A DNA stretch of 64,000 nt from Dehalococcoidia bacterium (GCA_963665255.1 OY762210.1:1090866-1154865); one strand, 5' to 3'; shown: positions 6,383 to 16,663, counted from the first letter of the stretch. A program made the numbers and translations. Notes: generated by a model from the sequence alone, not told the origin.

Positions 6383-8575
6383 ATGATTGGGGTGGTATTG
6401 CCATTGCGGCGCTGCCGCCCCAATTTACGTTGCCCTGGAAAACTATCGCTTACGGCCGTGGCAATCTCGGTGCTTTTCGCCATGGTGTTGACCTCATGTG
6501 GCGACTCAGAACCTGAGCCGGCCCCAGTACCGTCACCGACGGCGGCCGCAGTCGTCGCTGCGCCATCGCCGTCCCCCATTCCCACGCCAACAACGCCTCC
6601 CCCGCCACCTACCTCAACGCCACGACCGACACCCGTCCCGACAGCGGTGCCATCTCCGACCCCTGCGCCGACTGCGCAACCCACATCGACTCCACCTCCG
6701 ACCGCAGCAGTACCTGCGCCAGCCCCGGAACCTGCCGACTTGCTCTTTGCGAGCGCTGAAGCCATGGCTGAGCTTGAAAGCTACAGGGCCACGATGGATG
6801 CGAACATCACGGTTGGCACTGGAGGCGCCACGCTGGGGATACCCGTCGATGCTGTCGTCGACTACGACGCACCAGATCGCTCTCAGGGTGTCACTTCAAT
6901 CGACTTTGGCTTCTTTATGACCGAAGTGAGCTTCGTAGCAATTGGCGACGACTTCTACTTCACGGACCCGGAGACCGGCAAGTGGTCCAAAGGCTTGGGG
7001 AACGACGCGCTCCCCTTCATCGGTCCCGAGCAGTTGCTTGACTTCAGCGACTCTGACGCCATTTATGACTTCCGTGGACTGTCTGATGACGGCTCTGGGA
7101 CCGTCACAGGCCCAGAAGAGATAGATGGGGTACCCGTCTATCGACTGTCTTACTCCGTGGGAGACGGAGCTGGAGATATTGGACTCGGTGAACTAAGCGT
7201 CGATCTGTGGATCGCCGTTGAGGACAGCCTCCTGCGCAGAATAGAGATCAGAGGTGAGTTTGCCGTCGACGATGATGGTGGAGCAGCAGCGCCTGTCATT
7301 CCCCTGGATGATCTGTCCGGCGATGTCGAGTTGGACGCCGTCATTACTTTCTCGAACTTCAACACACCAGTCGCCATCGAACCTCCATCGGAATATGCGG
7401 AACTGGATGTCAGAGACTTTGCACCAAGTGCGAATCGGCTAATCGAGACTCCTCTCGGAAATGGCTGGTCTAGCTACGAGTTGTCCGACGGATCGATCAG
7501 CGTATCGGCTCCCCCTATATGGACGGTGGCCGATCTCAGTGCTGAGAGCATCGAAGAACTGGTGTCCAAGTCACCGGACCTGCCAGAGAGTCTCGCACTC
7601 CAACTCGACAGGTTGATAGGTTCGGTCAGCTTCAAGATGTTCGGGTACCGCCAGGGGCAGCCGGCGGGCGCCGAGTTCGCTCCCAACTTCACAATCCTGG
7701 TGGAGGAAAACGAGCTGGCAGGTGACCTGGAAACCCTGGCAGAGCTCAGCATCTATCAAATCGAGGCGGCGCTGCCGGGGGCAAGCAGGGTGAGTCCTGG
7801 GCTCCTGGATCTCGGCGGCCGCGACGTCGTGGAGCTAATCTATTCGGCTCCCATGCCACTGCCTGATGGTGGCGAGCTCGAGCTGGGTGTTGCACAGTAC
7901 CTGATGTCATCTGGTTCGAGTTATGTCGTCGTCACATTCAGCGATCTCGTATCGACTATTGAAAGCAAGTTGCCCGAATTCCGACAGATAGTAGAAACCC
8001 TGGAGTTCCCTTCAGAAACTCAAACCCAAGGCCAGGTTGACCAGGCCAACAAAGGAGATTCAGTGACACAGCAGTACAGTTCAGCCCCCGCAATGACAAT
8101 AGATCCGGAGAAGTCTTACACCGCGACCTTCGTGTTGGAGAACGGCACCGAGTTCAAGGTCAGCCTGTTCGCCGACAAGGCTCCCAAGACAGTAAACAAC
8201 TTCGTCTTTCTGGCCAGAGATGGATTCTACGATGGTGTGACATTCCATCGGGTCATTCCCGGCTTCATGGCCCAGGGTGGGGATCCCACCGGCACCGGTC
8301 GCGGGGGGCCAGGATACAGGTTCGAGGATGAGTTCCATCCCGACCTCAAACACGACCGTCCCGGGATTCTGTCAATGGCCAACGCCGGTCCCAATACCAA
8401 CGGCAGCCAGTTCTTCATCACCTTCGTGCCGACTCCTCACCTCGATGGCGCGCACGCTGTCTTTGGTGTGGTTTCAGAAGGCATTGACGTAGTCAACGAA
8501 ATCTCCACCAGGGATCCCGCGACCGCGCGCACCCCAGGAGATGCTGTTGCGTCCATCAGAATTGACGAGAGTTGA
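6383..8575 (+). CDS. Large lipoprotein with a Pro/Thr/Ala-rich linker, two uncharacterised middle domains and a C-terminal cyclophilin-type peptidyl-prolyl isomerase
   Basis: The start at M61 of the ORF gives a signal peptide with the lipobox [13 protein letters not shown]-rich linker of about 75 aa follows. The C-terminal 165 aa read [45 protein letters not shown]...[18 protein letters not shown], a cyclophilin signature. Confidence 0.8.
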   Translation: MIGVVLPLRRCRPNLRCPGKLSLTAVAISVLFAMVLTSCGDSEPEPAPVPSPTAAAVVAAPSPSPIPTPTTPPPPPTSTPRPTPVPTAVPSPTPAPTAQPTSTPPPTAAVPAPAPEPADLLFASAEAMAELESYRATMDANITVGTGGATLGIPVDAVVDYDAPDRSQGVTSIDFGFFMTEVSFVAIGDDFYFTDPETGKWSKGLGNDALPFIGPEQLLDFSDSDAIYDFRGLSDDGSGTVTGPEEIDGVPVYRLSYSVGDGAGDIGLGELSVDLWIAVEDSLLRRIEIRGEFAVDDDGGAAAPVIPLDDLSGDVELDAVITFSNFNTPVAIEPPSEYAELDVRDFAPSANRLIETPLGNGWSSYELSDGSISVSAPPIWTVADLSAESIEELVSKSPDLPESLALQLDRLIGSVSFKMFGYRQGQPAGAEFAPNFTILVEENELAGDLETLAELSIYQIEAALPGASRVSPGLLDLGGRDVVELIYSAPMPLPDGGELELGVAQYLMSSGSSYVVVTFSDLVSTIESKLPEFRQIVETLEFPSETQTQGQVDQANKGDSVTQQYSSAPAMTIDPEKSYTATFVLENGTEFKVSLFADKAPKTVNNFVFLARDGFYDGVTFHRVIPGFMAQGGDPTGTGRGGPGYRFEDEFHPDLKHDRPGILSMANAGPNTNGSQFFITFVPTPHLDGAHAVFGVVSEGIDVVNEISTRDPATARTPGDAVASIRIDES

Positions 8576-8692
8576 TCGGTAGTTGGGATCTCTAGCTAAC
8601 CCGCCTCTCTCACGATGCTGTCCCTTGACTTGGACAAAAGCTGGTGACAGACTCTACTATCGAGCCTGAAATCTGGAGCACACGCAACCCAC

Positions 8693-9367
8693 TTGATAAT
8701 AGACATCCACACTCACACCTATCCCACGTCTGTCGACAGCTTTATCGAAGCCGATGAATTGATCGAGCAGGCCAAGAGCATCGGGCTCGACGGGGTTTGT
8801 ATAACTGACCACGATGGCTTCTGGGACCATAGAGAAGTTGATGATCTCTCGAAGAGACACAATTTCCTGGTCCTGCCTGGCTGTGAAGTGACGACCGAAG
8901 AGGGTCACCTGCTGGTTTACGGCCTTCGCAAGTACATCTTCGGAATGCACAGGGCAACCTTCGTCAAGGACAAGCTCGATAGGGAAGAGGGTGCAATGGT
9001 TGTTGCTCATCCCTACCGAAGGACGTACAGGAAGGGCGCTCATACAAGCGAGTCCGCGTACCACGAGATGCTCGAGCGAGCCTCGCGGAACCACGTTTTC
9101 GACATGGTCGACGCTGTCGAGGTGATGAACAGCCGAGGCCTGGAGGAAGAGAACGCCTTCAGCCGCGATCTGGCGAAGTGGTTCGACCTCCCGGGGACGG
9201 GAGCAAGCGATGCCCACAAACTGGAAGATATTGGTACATTTGCCACAGAGTTCGAGCGTCGGATTACCTGCCTCGACGACTTCATAACAGAGCTGCGAGC
9301 GGGACGGTTCAGTCCGGTAGTGCTGGATTCGGCCCGAAATCCTGTGCTCTCTGTAGCCGCCCACTAG
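8693..9367 (+). CDS. PHP-domain metal-dependent phosphoesterase
   Basis: The start is TTG. The N-terminus IIDIHTHTYP...GLDGVCITDHDGF...LPGCEV...VVAHPYR...GASDAH carries the typical PHP His/Asp metal ligands. Confidence 0.7.
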   Translation: MIIDIHTHTYPTSVDSFIEADELIEQAKSIGLDGVCITDHDGFWDHREVDDLSKRHNFLVLPGCEVTTEEGHLLVYGLRKYIFGMHRATFVKDKLDREEGAMVVAHPYRRTYRKGAHTSESAYHEMLERASRNHVFDMVDAVEVMNSRGLEEENAFSRDLAKWFDLPGTGASDAHKLEDIGTFATEFERRITCLDDFITELRAGRFSPVVLDSARNPVLSVAAH

Positions 9368-9430
9368 CTTCAGCATCGTTCGTGGGTTGCTTTCACCCAC
9401 GCAAATTCGGAAGACCGAGTACCGAGCCCG

Positions 9431-10420
9431 ATGGCACCAATACTCGAAGTCAATAATCTCCACACCTACTTCGCGACCAACGAAGGCATAGTCAAAGCCG
9501 TCAATGGCGTGTCGCTGTCGCTGGACGAGGACAGTATTCTTGGCGTGGTTGGAGAGAGCGGCTCTGGTAAGACCATGACCGCGCTCTCGATCCTGAAGCT
9601 CATACCTTATCCGGGTCAGGTCGTTGCCGGCCAGATATTGTACGAGGGCAGAGACCTCCTTCAGATGAGCGACGACCAGATGCGCAACATCCGGGGGCGG
9701 CAGATTTCTCTAATCTTCCAGGATGCGGCTTCCGCCCTGAACCCTGTCATCTCTATCGGCAGCCAGGTCGAGGAACTGATGCTGGAGCACACGGCCATGA
9801 GTAAGCGTGAAGCTCAGCAGGTCACTACCGATCTCCTCGCCAACATGGGCATCCCGGACGCTAAGCAGATGCTCGGACGCTACCCTTTCCAGCTAAGCGG
9901 CGGAATGGCACAGCGCGTGATGATGGCGATCGGGGTCGCTCTGAAGCCAAGGATCCTCATCGCGGACGAGCCCACATCCAACCTCGATGTCACTCTCCAG
10001 GCCGAGATGCTCCAGCGTCTGCGTATACTGAGGCAGGAGAGTGGCACTGCCATCATGCTGATAACCCATGACCTTGGCGTGATTGCTCAGATGGCCGAGA
10101 ACGTTGCCGTTATCTATGGCGGATACGTCGTCGAGTACGCCGACACGCCAACACTGTACAGGCGTCCGATGCACCCATACACGTGGGGACTGTTCCAGTC
10201 TCTGCCACGCCTTGACGCCGTCAACCAGAGGCTCAGACCCCTGGCCGGCGCTCCGCCGCAGATGCTAGACCCGCCTGACCAGTGCCCGTTCCTGCACCGG
10301 TGCTCGAAGGCGACCGTAGAGTGCCGCACGAGTCCACGGCCCCCGCTCCTCGAGGTTGAGCCCGGTCACGCCCTCGCCTGTTACAACCCCATGGAGTTCG
10401 AGGAGACTGCCCGAAATTAG
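9431..10420 (+). CDS. ABC transporter ATP-binding protein, oligopeptide/dipeptide (OppD/DppD) type
   Basis: It has Walker A GESGSGKT, the signature LSGGMAQRV and Walker B ILIADEPTS. The Opp-type C-terminal extension reads HPYTWGLFQSLPRLD...CPFLHRC. Confidence 0.85.
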   Translation: MAPILEVNNLHTYFATNEGIVKAVNGVSLSLDEDSILGVVGESGSGKTMTALSILKLIPYPGQVVAGQILYEGRDLLQMSDDQMRNIRGRQISLIFQDAASALNPVISIGSQVEELMLEHTAMSKREAQQVTTDLLANMGIPDAKQMLGRYPFQLSGGMAQRVMMAIGVALKPRILIADEPTSNLDVTLQAEMLQRLRILRQESGTAIMLITHDLGVIAQMAENVAVIYGGYVVEYADTPTLYRRPMHPYTWGLFQSLPRLDAVNQRLRPLAGAPPQMLDPPDQCPFLHRCSKATVECRTSPRPPLLEVEPGHALACYNPMEFEETARN

Positions 10421-11277
10421 CTGTTCGGGCGACCGTCCGGGGCCAGAGACCGCATTACGTAAGTAGGAACGTCATCAGCGGCCAGCCTTGTTAAATCCTG
10501 GGTAGACACCCCGGTCCCGACCAATGCCGACGCTATCCCGAAGCTGTTTGCGCCCCTGATATCGGTGTCAGGCGTGTCACCGATCATCACCATGTCCATC
10601 GTGCCACTTCGCCTGTGCGCCTCTTCGTATATGGCAGCATGCGGCTTTCCAAGCCTTGTGAACCTGAGTTCCGAACGGTCCGGGTATCGCAGCGCAAGCG
10701 CGCCCTCGAACATCTGGGCAACCGTTCCGCTGGCGAATGCGAATCCTTCGTCGCTCGGGTAGATCAGGTCCGGATTGGGCAGGATGAGCCTGGGAGGACG
10801 ACCTGAATCAATAAGCCGGAACAGCCCTGTCAACACTACTCCACCCGTCTCAAGCAACGGAAACCCGCTCTGGTCGCCAATGACCAGTGCGTCGAAGTCA
10901 CCGTCGGCAGACACAACAACGCCACCGGCAGACTCCACGTAACGCTCGCTATCAACTGGTCCGAGTACTACGCAGCGCATCCCTTCGAGTCCATGATCAC
11001 TGAAGTGACCCTTCAGCAGGCTTCCAGAAGTGATAATGCGTCCGGCGTCGATGGCAAGACCAAGATTCTCGTAACGGGCGGCCCGCGTCTTGGGAAGGGC
11101 CGAGGCGTCGTTCGTCAGGACGAAGTATGGCTTGTCTGCCTCGTTGAGGTAATTAATTGCCTCTCGCGCCCCGGGGATGACCAGGTCCGAGTTTGCCAAC
11201 ACGCCGTATGCGTCGAACAGTATGACCGAGTGACGCTCAATCAGGTCCTTCAGAGTGACCCCTGGGACGTTGGTCAT
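10417..11277 (-). CDS. HAD-superfamily hydrolase, subfamily IIA
   Basis: Motifs are ILFDAYGVL (DxxG motif I variant), VLTND and GD.PDTDI near the C-terminus. Confidence 0.7.
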   Translation of the reverse strand: MTNVPGVTLKDLIERHSVILFDAYGVLANSDLVIPGAREAINYLNEADKPYFVLTNDASALPKTRAARYENLGLAIDAGRIITSGSLLKGHFSDHGLEGMRCVVLGPVDSERYVESAGGVVVSADGDFDALVIGDQSGFPLLETGGVVLTGLFRLIDSGRPPRLILPNPDLIYPSDEGFAFASGTVAQMFEGALALRYPDRSELRFTRLGKPHAAIYEEAHRRSGTMDMVMIGDTPDTDIRGANSFGIASALVGTGVSTQDLTRLAADDVPTYVMRSLAPDGRPNS

Positions 11278-11289
11278 CTATCACCAGTG

Positions 11290-12057
11290 CTACTGGGCAG
11301 TGTAACCACCGTCTATGACCAGCTCAGCTCCCGTCACATACGAGGACTCGTCTGAAGCAAGGTACAGGGCGCCGTACGCTACCTCCTCGGGCTTGCCGTA
11401 CCTGCCCATTGGCGCGTTTTCAGTCGCGACGTACTCTTGATCTCCGAACGTCTCGGAGCCTTCCCAGCCTGCCTGGGTCATGGGTGTCTGTATTGGCCCC
11501 GGGTGTATCGTGTTGACCCTTATCCCATCACCTGCGTACTGGACCGCAGCAGACTTGGAGAAGATCCTTACGGCCCCCTTGGAGGCGTTGTAGACTGCGG
11601 CTACATTGTCCTGGCCGATGTTGCCGCTGATGGACGAGATGTTGATGACTGAGCCACCTGTTCCCTGGCTCTTCATCTGGGTTATAGCCACCTTGGTGCC
11701 GAGAAAGACGCCCTTGGAGTTGATGTCCAGGATCCGATCCCACTCTTCGACTGTCGTCTCTTCGATCGATACCCTGCTTGAGATACCGGCATTGTTGACG
11801 ATTACGTCCAGCTTGCCGAACTGCTCGACCGTCTTGCTGATCGCCGCGTCCCAGTCGGACTGCTTGGTAACGTCAAGCGTGACGAATATCGCGTCGCCGC
11901 CCATCTCGTTGATCTCGGCCTCAGTCTGGCGTCCCTCAGCTTCCAGGACGTCGGCGATGACGACCTTCGCTCCCTCTCTCGAGAACAGCTTGGCTTCGGC
12001 TGCTCCCATCCCCCGGGCGCCTCCGCTAATCAGGGCCACTTTGCCTTCGAGTCTCAT
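11290..12057 (-). CDS. Short-chain dehydrogenase/reductase (classical SDR)
   Basis: Motifs are [14 protein letters not shown] (TGxxxGxG-like), NNAG, and the S...YNASK catalytic tetrad. Confidence 0.85.
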   Translation of the reverse strand: MRLEGKVALISGGARGMGAAEAKLFSREGAKVVIADVLEAEGRQTEAEINEMGGDAIFVTLDVTKQSDWDAAISKTVEQFGKLDVIVNNAGISSRVSIEETTVEEWDRILDINSKGVFLGTKVAITQMKSQGTGGSVINISSISGNIGQDNVAAVYNASKGAVRIFSKSAAVQYAGDGIRVNTIHPGPIQTPMTQAGWEGSETFGDQEYVATENAPMGRYGKPEEVAYGALYLASDESSYVTGAELVIDGGYTAQ

Positions 12058-12103
12058 TACTCAGCCTCCTGGCAGCTTAAAGCTGTACATGCAAAAAGCG
12101 TCG

Positions 12104-13069
12104 CTACACCGCTTCCACTCCCAGCTTAACGGAGAGGTTCTTGATCATGTCGTCCACCATCGCGTCGAGGTCGTATGAAGGACTCCATCCCCACTCTTCC
12201 CTGGCCGCAGTGTCGTCAAGCGAGTCGGGCCACGAGTCTGCGATTCCCTGTCGAAGCGGGTCTATATTGTACTCGATTACGAAATCTGGAATCCGTTTCC
12301 TAATCGCCGCCGCCAGCTCGTCCGGTGTGAAGCTGATCGCCGCCACGTTGAAGTCGGCGTGATGCCTGAGTCTCGACACTTCAACCTCGGCGAGGTCTAC
12401 TATCGCCTTGATGCAGTCCGGCATGTACATCATCGGGAGCCGCGTGTCAGGTCCCAGGTAGCATTCGTACCTGCCTTCCCTGTGCGCTCCGTAGAAGATT
12501 GCCACAGCGTAGTCGGTAGTTCCTGCCGTGGGCTCCGTCTTCCAGCTGATGATGCCCGGCAACCGCAGGCCCCGGACGTCAAGCCCCAGCTTCTCGAAGT
12601 AGTAGTTGCCCAGCAGTTCTCCGAAAACTTTGGAGATGCCGTAGAGTGTGTTCGGCCTTTGGAGCGTTTCATTGGGTGTATCCACTGCCGGAGTATCTGG
12701 CCCGAACGCTGCTATCGAGCTTGGAACGTTGACTTGGGATACACCTGAACCCGCAGCTGCCTCCAGCACGTTGTACAGCCCGTTGATGTTAACCGCGTGG
12801 GCAGTCTGCCGGTTGGCCTCGGCTAAAGCAGACAGAATCGACCCCAAGTGGTAGACCACGTCAATGCCCAGGTCGCGAATCGCAGCTTCGACGTCAGATT
12901 GCACCGTTACGTCCAGCGTGATCGACGGTCCGCCATCAAGCACGTCATCCGGTAATGGAGTACGATGCCCGGCGGCGACCACAGTGTCGCCGCCATGCTT
13001 CTCCCGAAGCGCCGGGACTAGCTCCGAGCCGATCTGCCCAGCCGCACCAGTGACCAGTATCCTCGTCAT
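12104..13069 (-). CDS. Extended-SDR NAD-dependent epimerase/dehydratase, L-threonine 3-dehydrogenase-like
   Basis: Motifs are MTRILVTGAAGQIGSELVPALR, YGISKV (YxxxK) and the C-terminal SWPDSLDDTAAREEWGW..YDLDAMVDDM, which resembles SDR-type TDH. I chose the ATG at 13069 (AAGAGG upstream) over 13102. Confidence 0.6.
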   Translation of the reverse strand: MTRILVTGAAGQIGSELVPALREKHGGDTVVAAGHRTPLPDDVLDGGPSITLDVTVQSDVEAAIRDLGIDVVYHLGSILSALAEANRQTAHAVNINGLYNVLEAAAGSGVSQVNVPSSIAAFGPDTPAVDTPNETLQRPNTLYGISKVFGELLGNYYFEKLGLDVRGLRLPGIISWKTEPTAGTTDYAVAIFYGAHREGRYECYLGPDTRLPMMYMPDCIKAIVDLAEVEVSRLRHHADFNVAAISFTPDELAAAIRKRIPDFVIEYNIDPLRQGIADSWPDSLDDTAAREEWGWSPSYDLDAMVDDMIKNLSVKLGVEAV

Positions 13070-13154
13070 GTCAGGCCTCTTGCCAAGAGTGAGCGGCGCC
13101 ATTGTATATTCAAACTACCGTGATTAACACCGCGCACTTAGAGGTTTTCAAAAG

Positions 13155-14078
13155 ATGCCCTATCCAGAGATCGATGTACCCAGACTGGTCCAACTCCTCC
13201 AGCACCCGAACGGCCCGTGCGACGTGGTCATCGACACCGACACAGCCAACGAGATAGACGACCAGTTCGCGATTGTCCACGCAATACTGTCCGAAGTCCT
13301 GAACGTCGAGGCTATCTACGCTGCCCCATTTCACACCGAGTGGACCCAGACATCCGGACCTGACGAGGGAATGGAACTAAGCTACCAGGAAATCCTCAGG
13401 GTACTGGACAAGATGCCCACAGCGTTTTCTGGGCCAGTCCTGCGAGGGTCGGCCGAGTACATGTCCGCTCCCGATAGGCCTGTGTCCAGCGCGGCTGCCG
13501 GTGACGTCGCCGCGCGAGCTATGGCTGACCGGGACGGCCCTCTCTACGTGCTGGCCCTCGGAGCCCTCACCAATATCGCCTCGGCGATCTTGGTGGAACC
13601 CGCCATAGTGAGCAGGATGGTAGTCTTACCCCTCGGCGGCTCGCCATACGAGACCGGATCGTTTGCTGACCTGAACTTCACAGAAGATGTCCACGCGGTC
13701 AGGGTGCTCTTCGACAGCGGCGTCCCGGTTGTCCACGTCGTCGGATACGTGGTGTCCGAAATGATGAGAACGACAGAGCCCGAGATGTCCCGCTACCTCA
13801 AGGGAAGAGGTGCGCTCGGGGACTATCTATACGAACTGTACAGAGACTTCGTGTCGGACTTCCCGGGTAGAAGCAAGCCTATCTGGGACATGGCCGTGGG
13901 CGCTTGGCTTATGAATCCAGACTGGACAAGCAGTCACCTGACTCCCAGCCCGATATTCAACGAAGGCCTGCGCTACAGTTTCGACCCGACCCGCCATCCC
14001 GTGCGCGTCCTAACACGCGTGAACAGGGACGCGGTGTTCAATGACCTCTTCGAGAAGCTGGAGACCCTTAATCGTTGA
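13155..14078 (+). CDS. Inosine/uridine-preferring nucleoside hydrolase family protein
   Basis: The N-terminal motif VVIDTDTANEIDDQFAI (DxDxxxDD) is present, and the length is typical of the family. Confidence 0.8.
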   Translation: MPYPEIDVPRLVQLLQHPNGPCDVVIDTDTANEIDDQFAIVHAILSEVLNVEAIYAAPFHTEWTQTSGPDEGMELSYQEILRVLDKMPTAFSGPVLRGSAEYMSAPDRPVSSAAAGDVAARAMADRDGPLYVLALGALTNIASAILVEPAIVSRMVVLPLGGSPYETGSFADLNFTEDVHAVRVLFDSGVPVVHVVGYVVSEMMRTTEPEMSRYLKGRGALGDYLYELYRDFVSDFPGRSKPIWDMAVGAWLMNPDWTSSHLTPSPIFNEGLRYSFDPTRHPVRVLTRVNRDAVFNDLFEKLETLNR

Positions 14079-14574
14079 GTCTCAACCTATCGGCTAGTTC
14101 CCTTGAGGCCTCGTGAGAGACGCTGACCTTCGTGTGCAGCCCGCCTCGAACCTTGTAGTCCAGCGAGATCGTCATTCTTCTGGGGCTGCACAGCGCCACC
14201 AGGTCGTTGAGAATTCGATTCGCCGCGTGCTCCTGGACGATCCCTACACCTTCATAGCTCAGCAGGTAGTACTTGAGCGACTTCAGTTCAATACAGAGGC
14301 GATCTGGGACATACCTGATCTCGAGCGTTCCAAAGTCCGGCAGGTCGGTCCACGGACACACAGCGGTGAACTCGTCAGTGTCGATCACGACCTCAGCACC
14401 GCTATTTGGGTAGTCGTAGTCAAAGGCAAGGAGGCATCCGGGGTTGATCTCCTCCTCGGTCTTTGGCTTCCTGTGCAGGTCATTCAGGACCTCGTACTGC
14501 CTTTGGAGTTCTTCGATTGTAGGCATCTGGCTCTCTCGCTTACTTGCGGCCGACAACTCGGTGTTCGGTGTCAT
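14068..14574 (-). CDS. queF: NADPH-dependent 7-cyano-7-deazaguanine reductase (QueF, type I)
   Basis: Motifs are FTAVCPWTDLPDFGTLEIRYVP...IELKSLKYYLLSY...QEH. An alternative start at 14526 (MPTIEELQ) has a GAGAG SD. The 3' end overlaps the convergent hydrolase gene by 11 nt. Confidence 0.8.
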   Translation of the reverse strand: MTPNTELSAASKRESQMPTIEELQRQYEVLNDLHRKPKTEEEINPGCLLAFDYDYPNSGAEVVIDTDEFTAVCPWTDLPDFGTLEIRYVPDRLCIELKSLKYYLLSYEGVGIVQEHAANRILNDLVALCSPRRMTISLDYKVRGGLHTKVSVSHEASRELADRLRLND

Positions 14575-14637
14575 CTATACTACAGGGACTCGCTCCTGTC
14601 ATAAGGACAGTACGGTCCCGTTAGAAGGATAGCTAGG

Positions 14638-15234
14638 ATGGCAAACCCAATCAAACTGAAAACTCAACGTCTTCTCCTGCGCCCCTTCGAGCTAGGCGAC
14701 GCCCGAGACGTTTACGAGTATGCGCAGGACCCTGACTGGTCACAGTTCCTTCCTCTGCCAGTTCCGTACACCTACAGAGACGCCGAGGAGTTCGTTGCGA
14801 GATCATTCCTGACTTCCTGGGAAACTGATCCGATATTCGCCATCACGCTGAACGGGAAAGTCATTGGGTCGTTCGATGTCAGGGTAGATCTCAAAAACAA
14901 CGCTGCTGAAGTCGGGTACGCCCTCGGCAAAGCCCAATGGGGTCAGGGCTTCACGGCTGAGGCTGGCAGCGCCGCTATGGATTGGGCATTCAGAGAGTTC
15001 GATCTCGCTCGAATAGTCGCCAGGGCCGACATTGAAAACCATCAGTCCTGGAAGGTCATGAAAAAACTCGGTATGCAGCGAGAGGGGATTGCACGCAGCA
15101 ACGGCCCCAGCCCGCGTGACCCAGGGAGCAGGGAAGACACGGTGGCCTACTCAATCCTGCGACACGAGTGGGAGCAATTGACCACCGTCACCTCCTACCA
15201 GTGTGTACCTGTAACGGATTCGCGAGATCGATGA
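14638..15234 (+). CDS. GNAT-family N-acetyltransferase (RimJ/RimL-like)
   Basis: The sequence LKTQRLLLRPFELGDARDVYEYAQDP...GYALGKAQWGQGF...NHQSWKVMKKLGMQREG is present. The stop overlaps the next start as ATGA. Confidence 0.8.
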   Translation: MANPIKLKTQRLLLRPFELGDARDVYEYAQDPDWSQFLPLPVPYTYRDAEEFVARSFLTSWETDPIFAITLNGKVIGSFDVRVDLKNNAAEVGYALGKAQWGQGFTAEAGSAAMDWAFREFDLARIVARADIENHQSWKVMKKLGMQREGIARSNGPSPRDPGSREDTVAYSILRHEWEQLTTVTSYQCVPVTDSRDR

Positions 15235-15959
15235 CCTCTACCGAGGAACAGTTCGCAGTCCAGATCCGGGGCGTGAACAAGTCCTTTGGGCGCACTCCAG
15301 TCTTGAGAAGTATAGACCTTGATGTTCCCCAGGGAACGGTGCTGAGTCTGCTCGGCCCCAACGGGTCCGGCAAGACCACCCTGATCAGGGTACTGTCGAC
15401 CCTCACCAAGCCCGACGCCGGTGAAGTTCGAATTGGTGGTGCAAGTATTGGGAGGCAGAGTGCCCGGCTCCGACGTCTGATCGGCGTAGTTGGCCACGAT
15501 CCTCTTCTCTACGACGACCTCACTGCTCGCGAGAACCTCAGGTTCGTCTGCAGGATGTTCGATCTCGACCGAGTCGACGAGCGAGTCCACTCCGTAGCTG
15601 ACCGCATGGGAATGGCTCCCGATCTCGACAGGAAGATCGGAGCGATGTCCCACGGCATGAAGAAGAGATTCAGCATCGCGAGAGCCCTGCTGCACGACCC
15701 CCTGGTGTTGTTACTCGACGAACCCGAGACTGGCCTCGACCAGGAGGCGCTTTCGCTCCTGGATTCAGTGATTGTCAGCCGATCTGAGTCGGGCCGGACG
15801 GTCATCATGACCACGCACAACCTTGAGCGTGCTGTAGCCCTGGGAGACCGTATGGCGATACTCGCCAGCGGCCGGGTCGCCTACGATGAGACTATCGATG
15901 CCGCCGACCCGGATGCGTCCCGCCGCGCCTATATCCAACACGTGGGTGCCAATCGGTGA
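15231..15959 (+). CDS. ccmA: ABC transporter ATP-binding protein, CcmA-like (heme exporter)
   Basis: It has Walker A GPNGSGKTT, the signature MSHGMKKRF and Walker B LLLDEPETGLD. It is coupled by a GTGA overlap to a clear CcmB homologue. Confidence 0.7.
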   Translation: MTSTEEQFAVQIRGVNKSFGRTPVLRSIDLDVPQGTVLSLLGPNGSGKTTLIRVLSTLTKPDAGEVRIGGASIGRQSARLRRLIGVVGHDPLLYDDLTARENLRFVCRMFDLDRVDERVHSVADRMGMAPDLDRKIGAMSHGMKKRFSIARALLHDPLVLLLDEPETGLDQEALSLLDSVIVSRSESGRTVIMTTHNLERAVALGDRMAILASGRVAYDETIDAADPDASRRAYIQHVGANR

Positions 15960-16663
15960 GAAGCTACTTCGGTGTGGTGTTCGCGATTCTGGCCAAGGAC
16001 CTGCTTCTCGAACTGAGGACCAAGGACATCCTGGTGACGACCCTCGTGTTCGGCCTTCTGGTCATCGTAGTTTTCAACTTCGCACTGGATCCAACCCCGG
16101 CCATGATTGCGACCGTCGCTCCTGGGATCCTGTGGGTGTCGTTCACATTTGGGGGAGTACTGGGACTGAACCGCTCGTTCAGCATCGAGAGTTCCCACGG
16201 AAATCTGCAGGGACTCATGCTCGCTCCCGTCGGACGAGACGCGATCTACTTCGGCAAATTTCTTAGCAACTTCCTGTTCATGGTTGGCGTGGAGGTGGTC
16301 ATATTCCCCCTCTTCCTGGTGCTGTTCAACCTACCTCTGACTGTTTACTCGGTCATACCGGTGTTGATACTCGCGACAATCGCGATTGCCGCCGTCGGCA
16401 CGGTTTTCAGTGCAATGGCGGTCAACACGCGGTCACGAGAGGTGATGCTGCCGTTGCTGTTCTTTCCGGTAGTGGTTCCTGTCATAATCGCTGCTGCTGA
16501 GGCCACGGGTATACTGCTTCGGGATGCCGTCTCCGCAGACGGAGCCTCGACACTGAGGCTGATAGGCCCCGATGTCTCAACATGGATTCCCATGCTCGTG
16601 GTATTCGATGCCGTTTTCTTGGTAATCTGCCCAGCAGCGTTCAGCTTCATAATCGAGGACTAG
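15956..16663 (+). CDS. ccmB: Heme exporter protein B (CcmB)
   Basis: The segment APGILWVSFTFGGVLGLNRSFSIESSHGNLQGLMLAPV aligns by eye to E. coli CcmB APGIIWVAALLSSLLALERLF..DGSLEQLMLLPL. The protein has six TM segments. Confidence 0.8.
   Translation: MRSYFGVVFAILAKDLLLELRTKDILVTTLVFGLLVIVVFNFALDPTPAMIATVAPGILWVSFTFGGVLGLNRSFSIESSHGNLQGLMLAPVGRDAIYFGKFLSNFLFMVGVEVVIFPLFLVLFNLPLTVYSVIPVLILATIAIAAVGTVFSAMAVNTRSREVMLPLLFFPVVVPVIIAAAEATGILLRDAVSADGASTLRLIGPDVSTWIPMLVVFDAVFLVICPAAFSFIIED

Noticed and set aside
6510-6740. Repetitive CCG/ACN-rich DNA that looked like a tandem repeat array
   Set aside because: It encodes the Pro/Thr/Ala-rich linker of the lipoprotein. It is an irregular low-complexity stretch with no fixed repeat unit. 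Similar linkers occur in the sortase and in the TlpA-like lipoprotein.
14575-14637. Possible preQ1 riboswitch upstream of queF
   Set aside because: The 63-nt spacer has a small GGAC...GTCC hairpin. It lacks the A-rich tail and the conserved loop nucleotides of preQ1-I, and it is too short for preQ1-II or preQ1-III.
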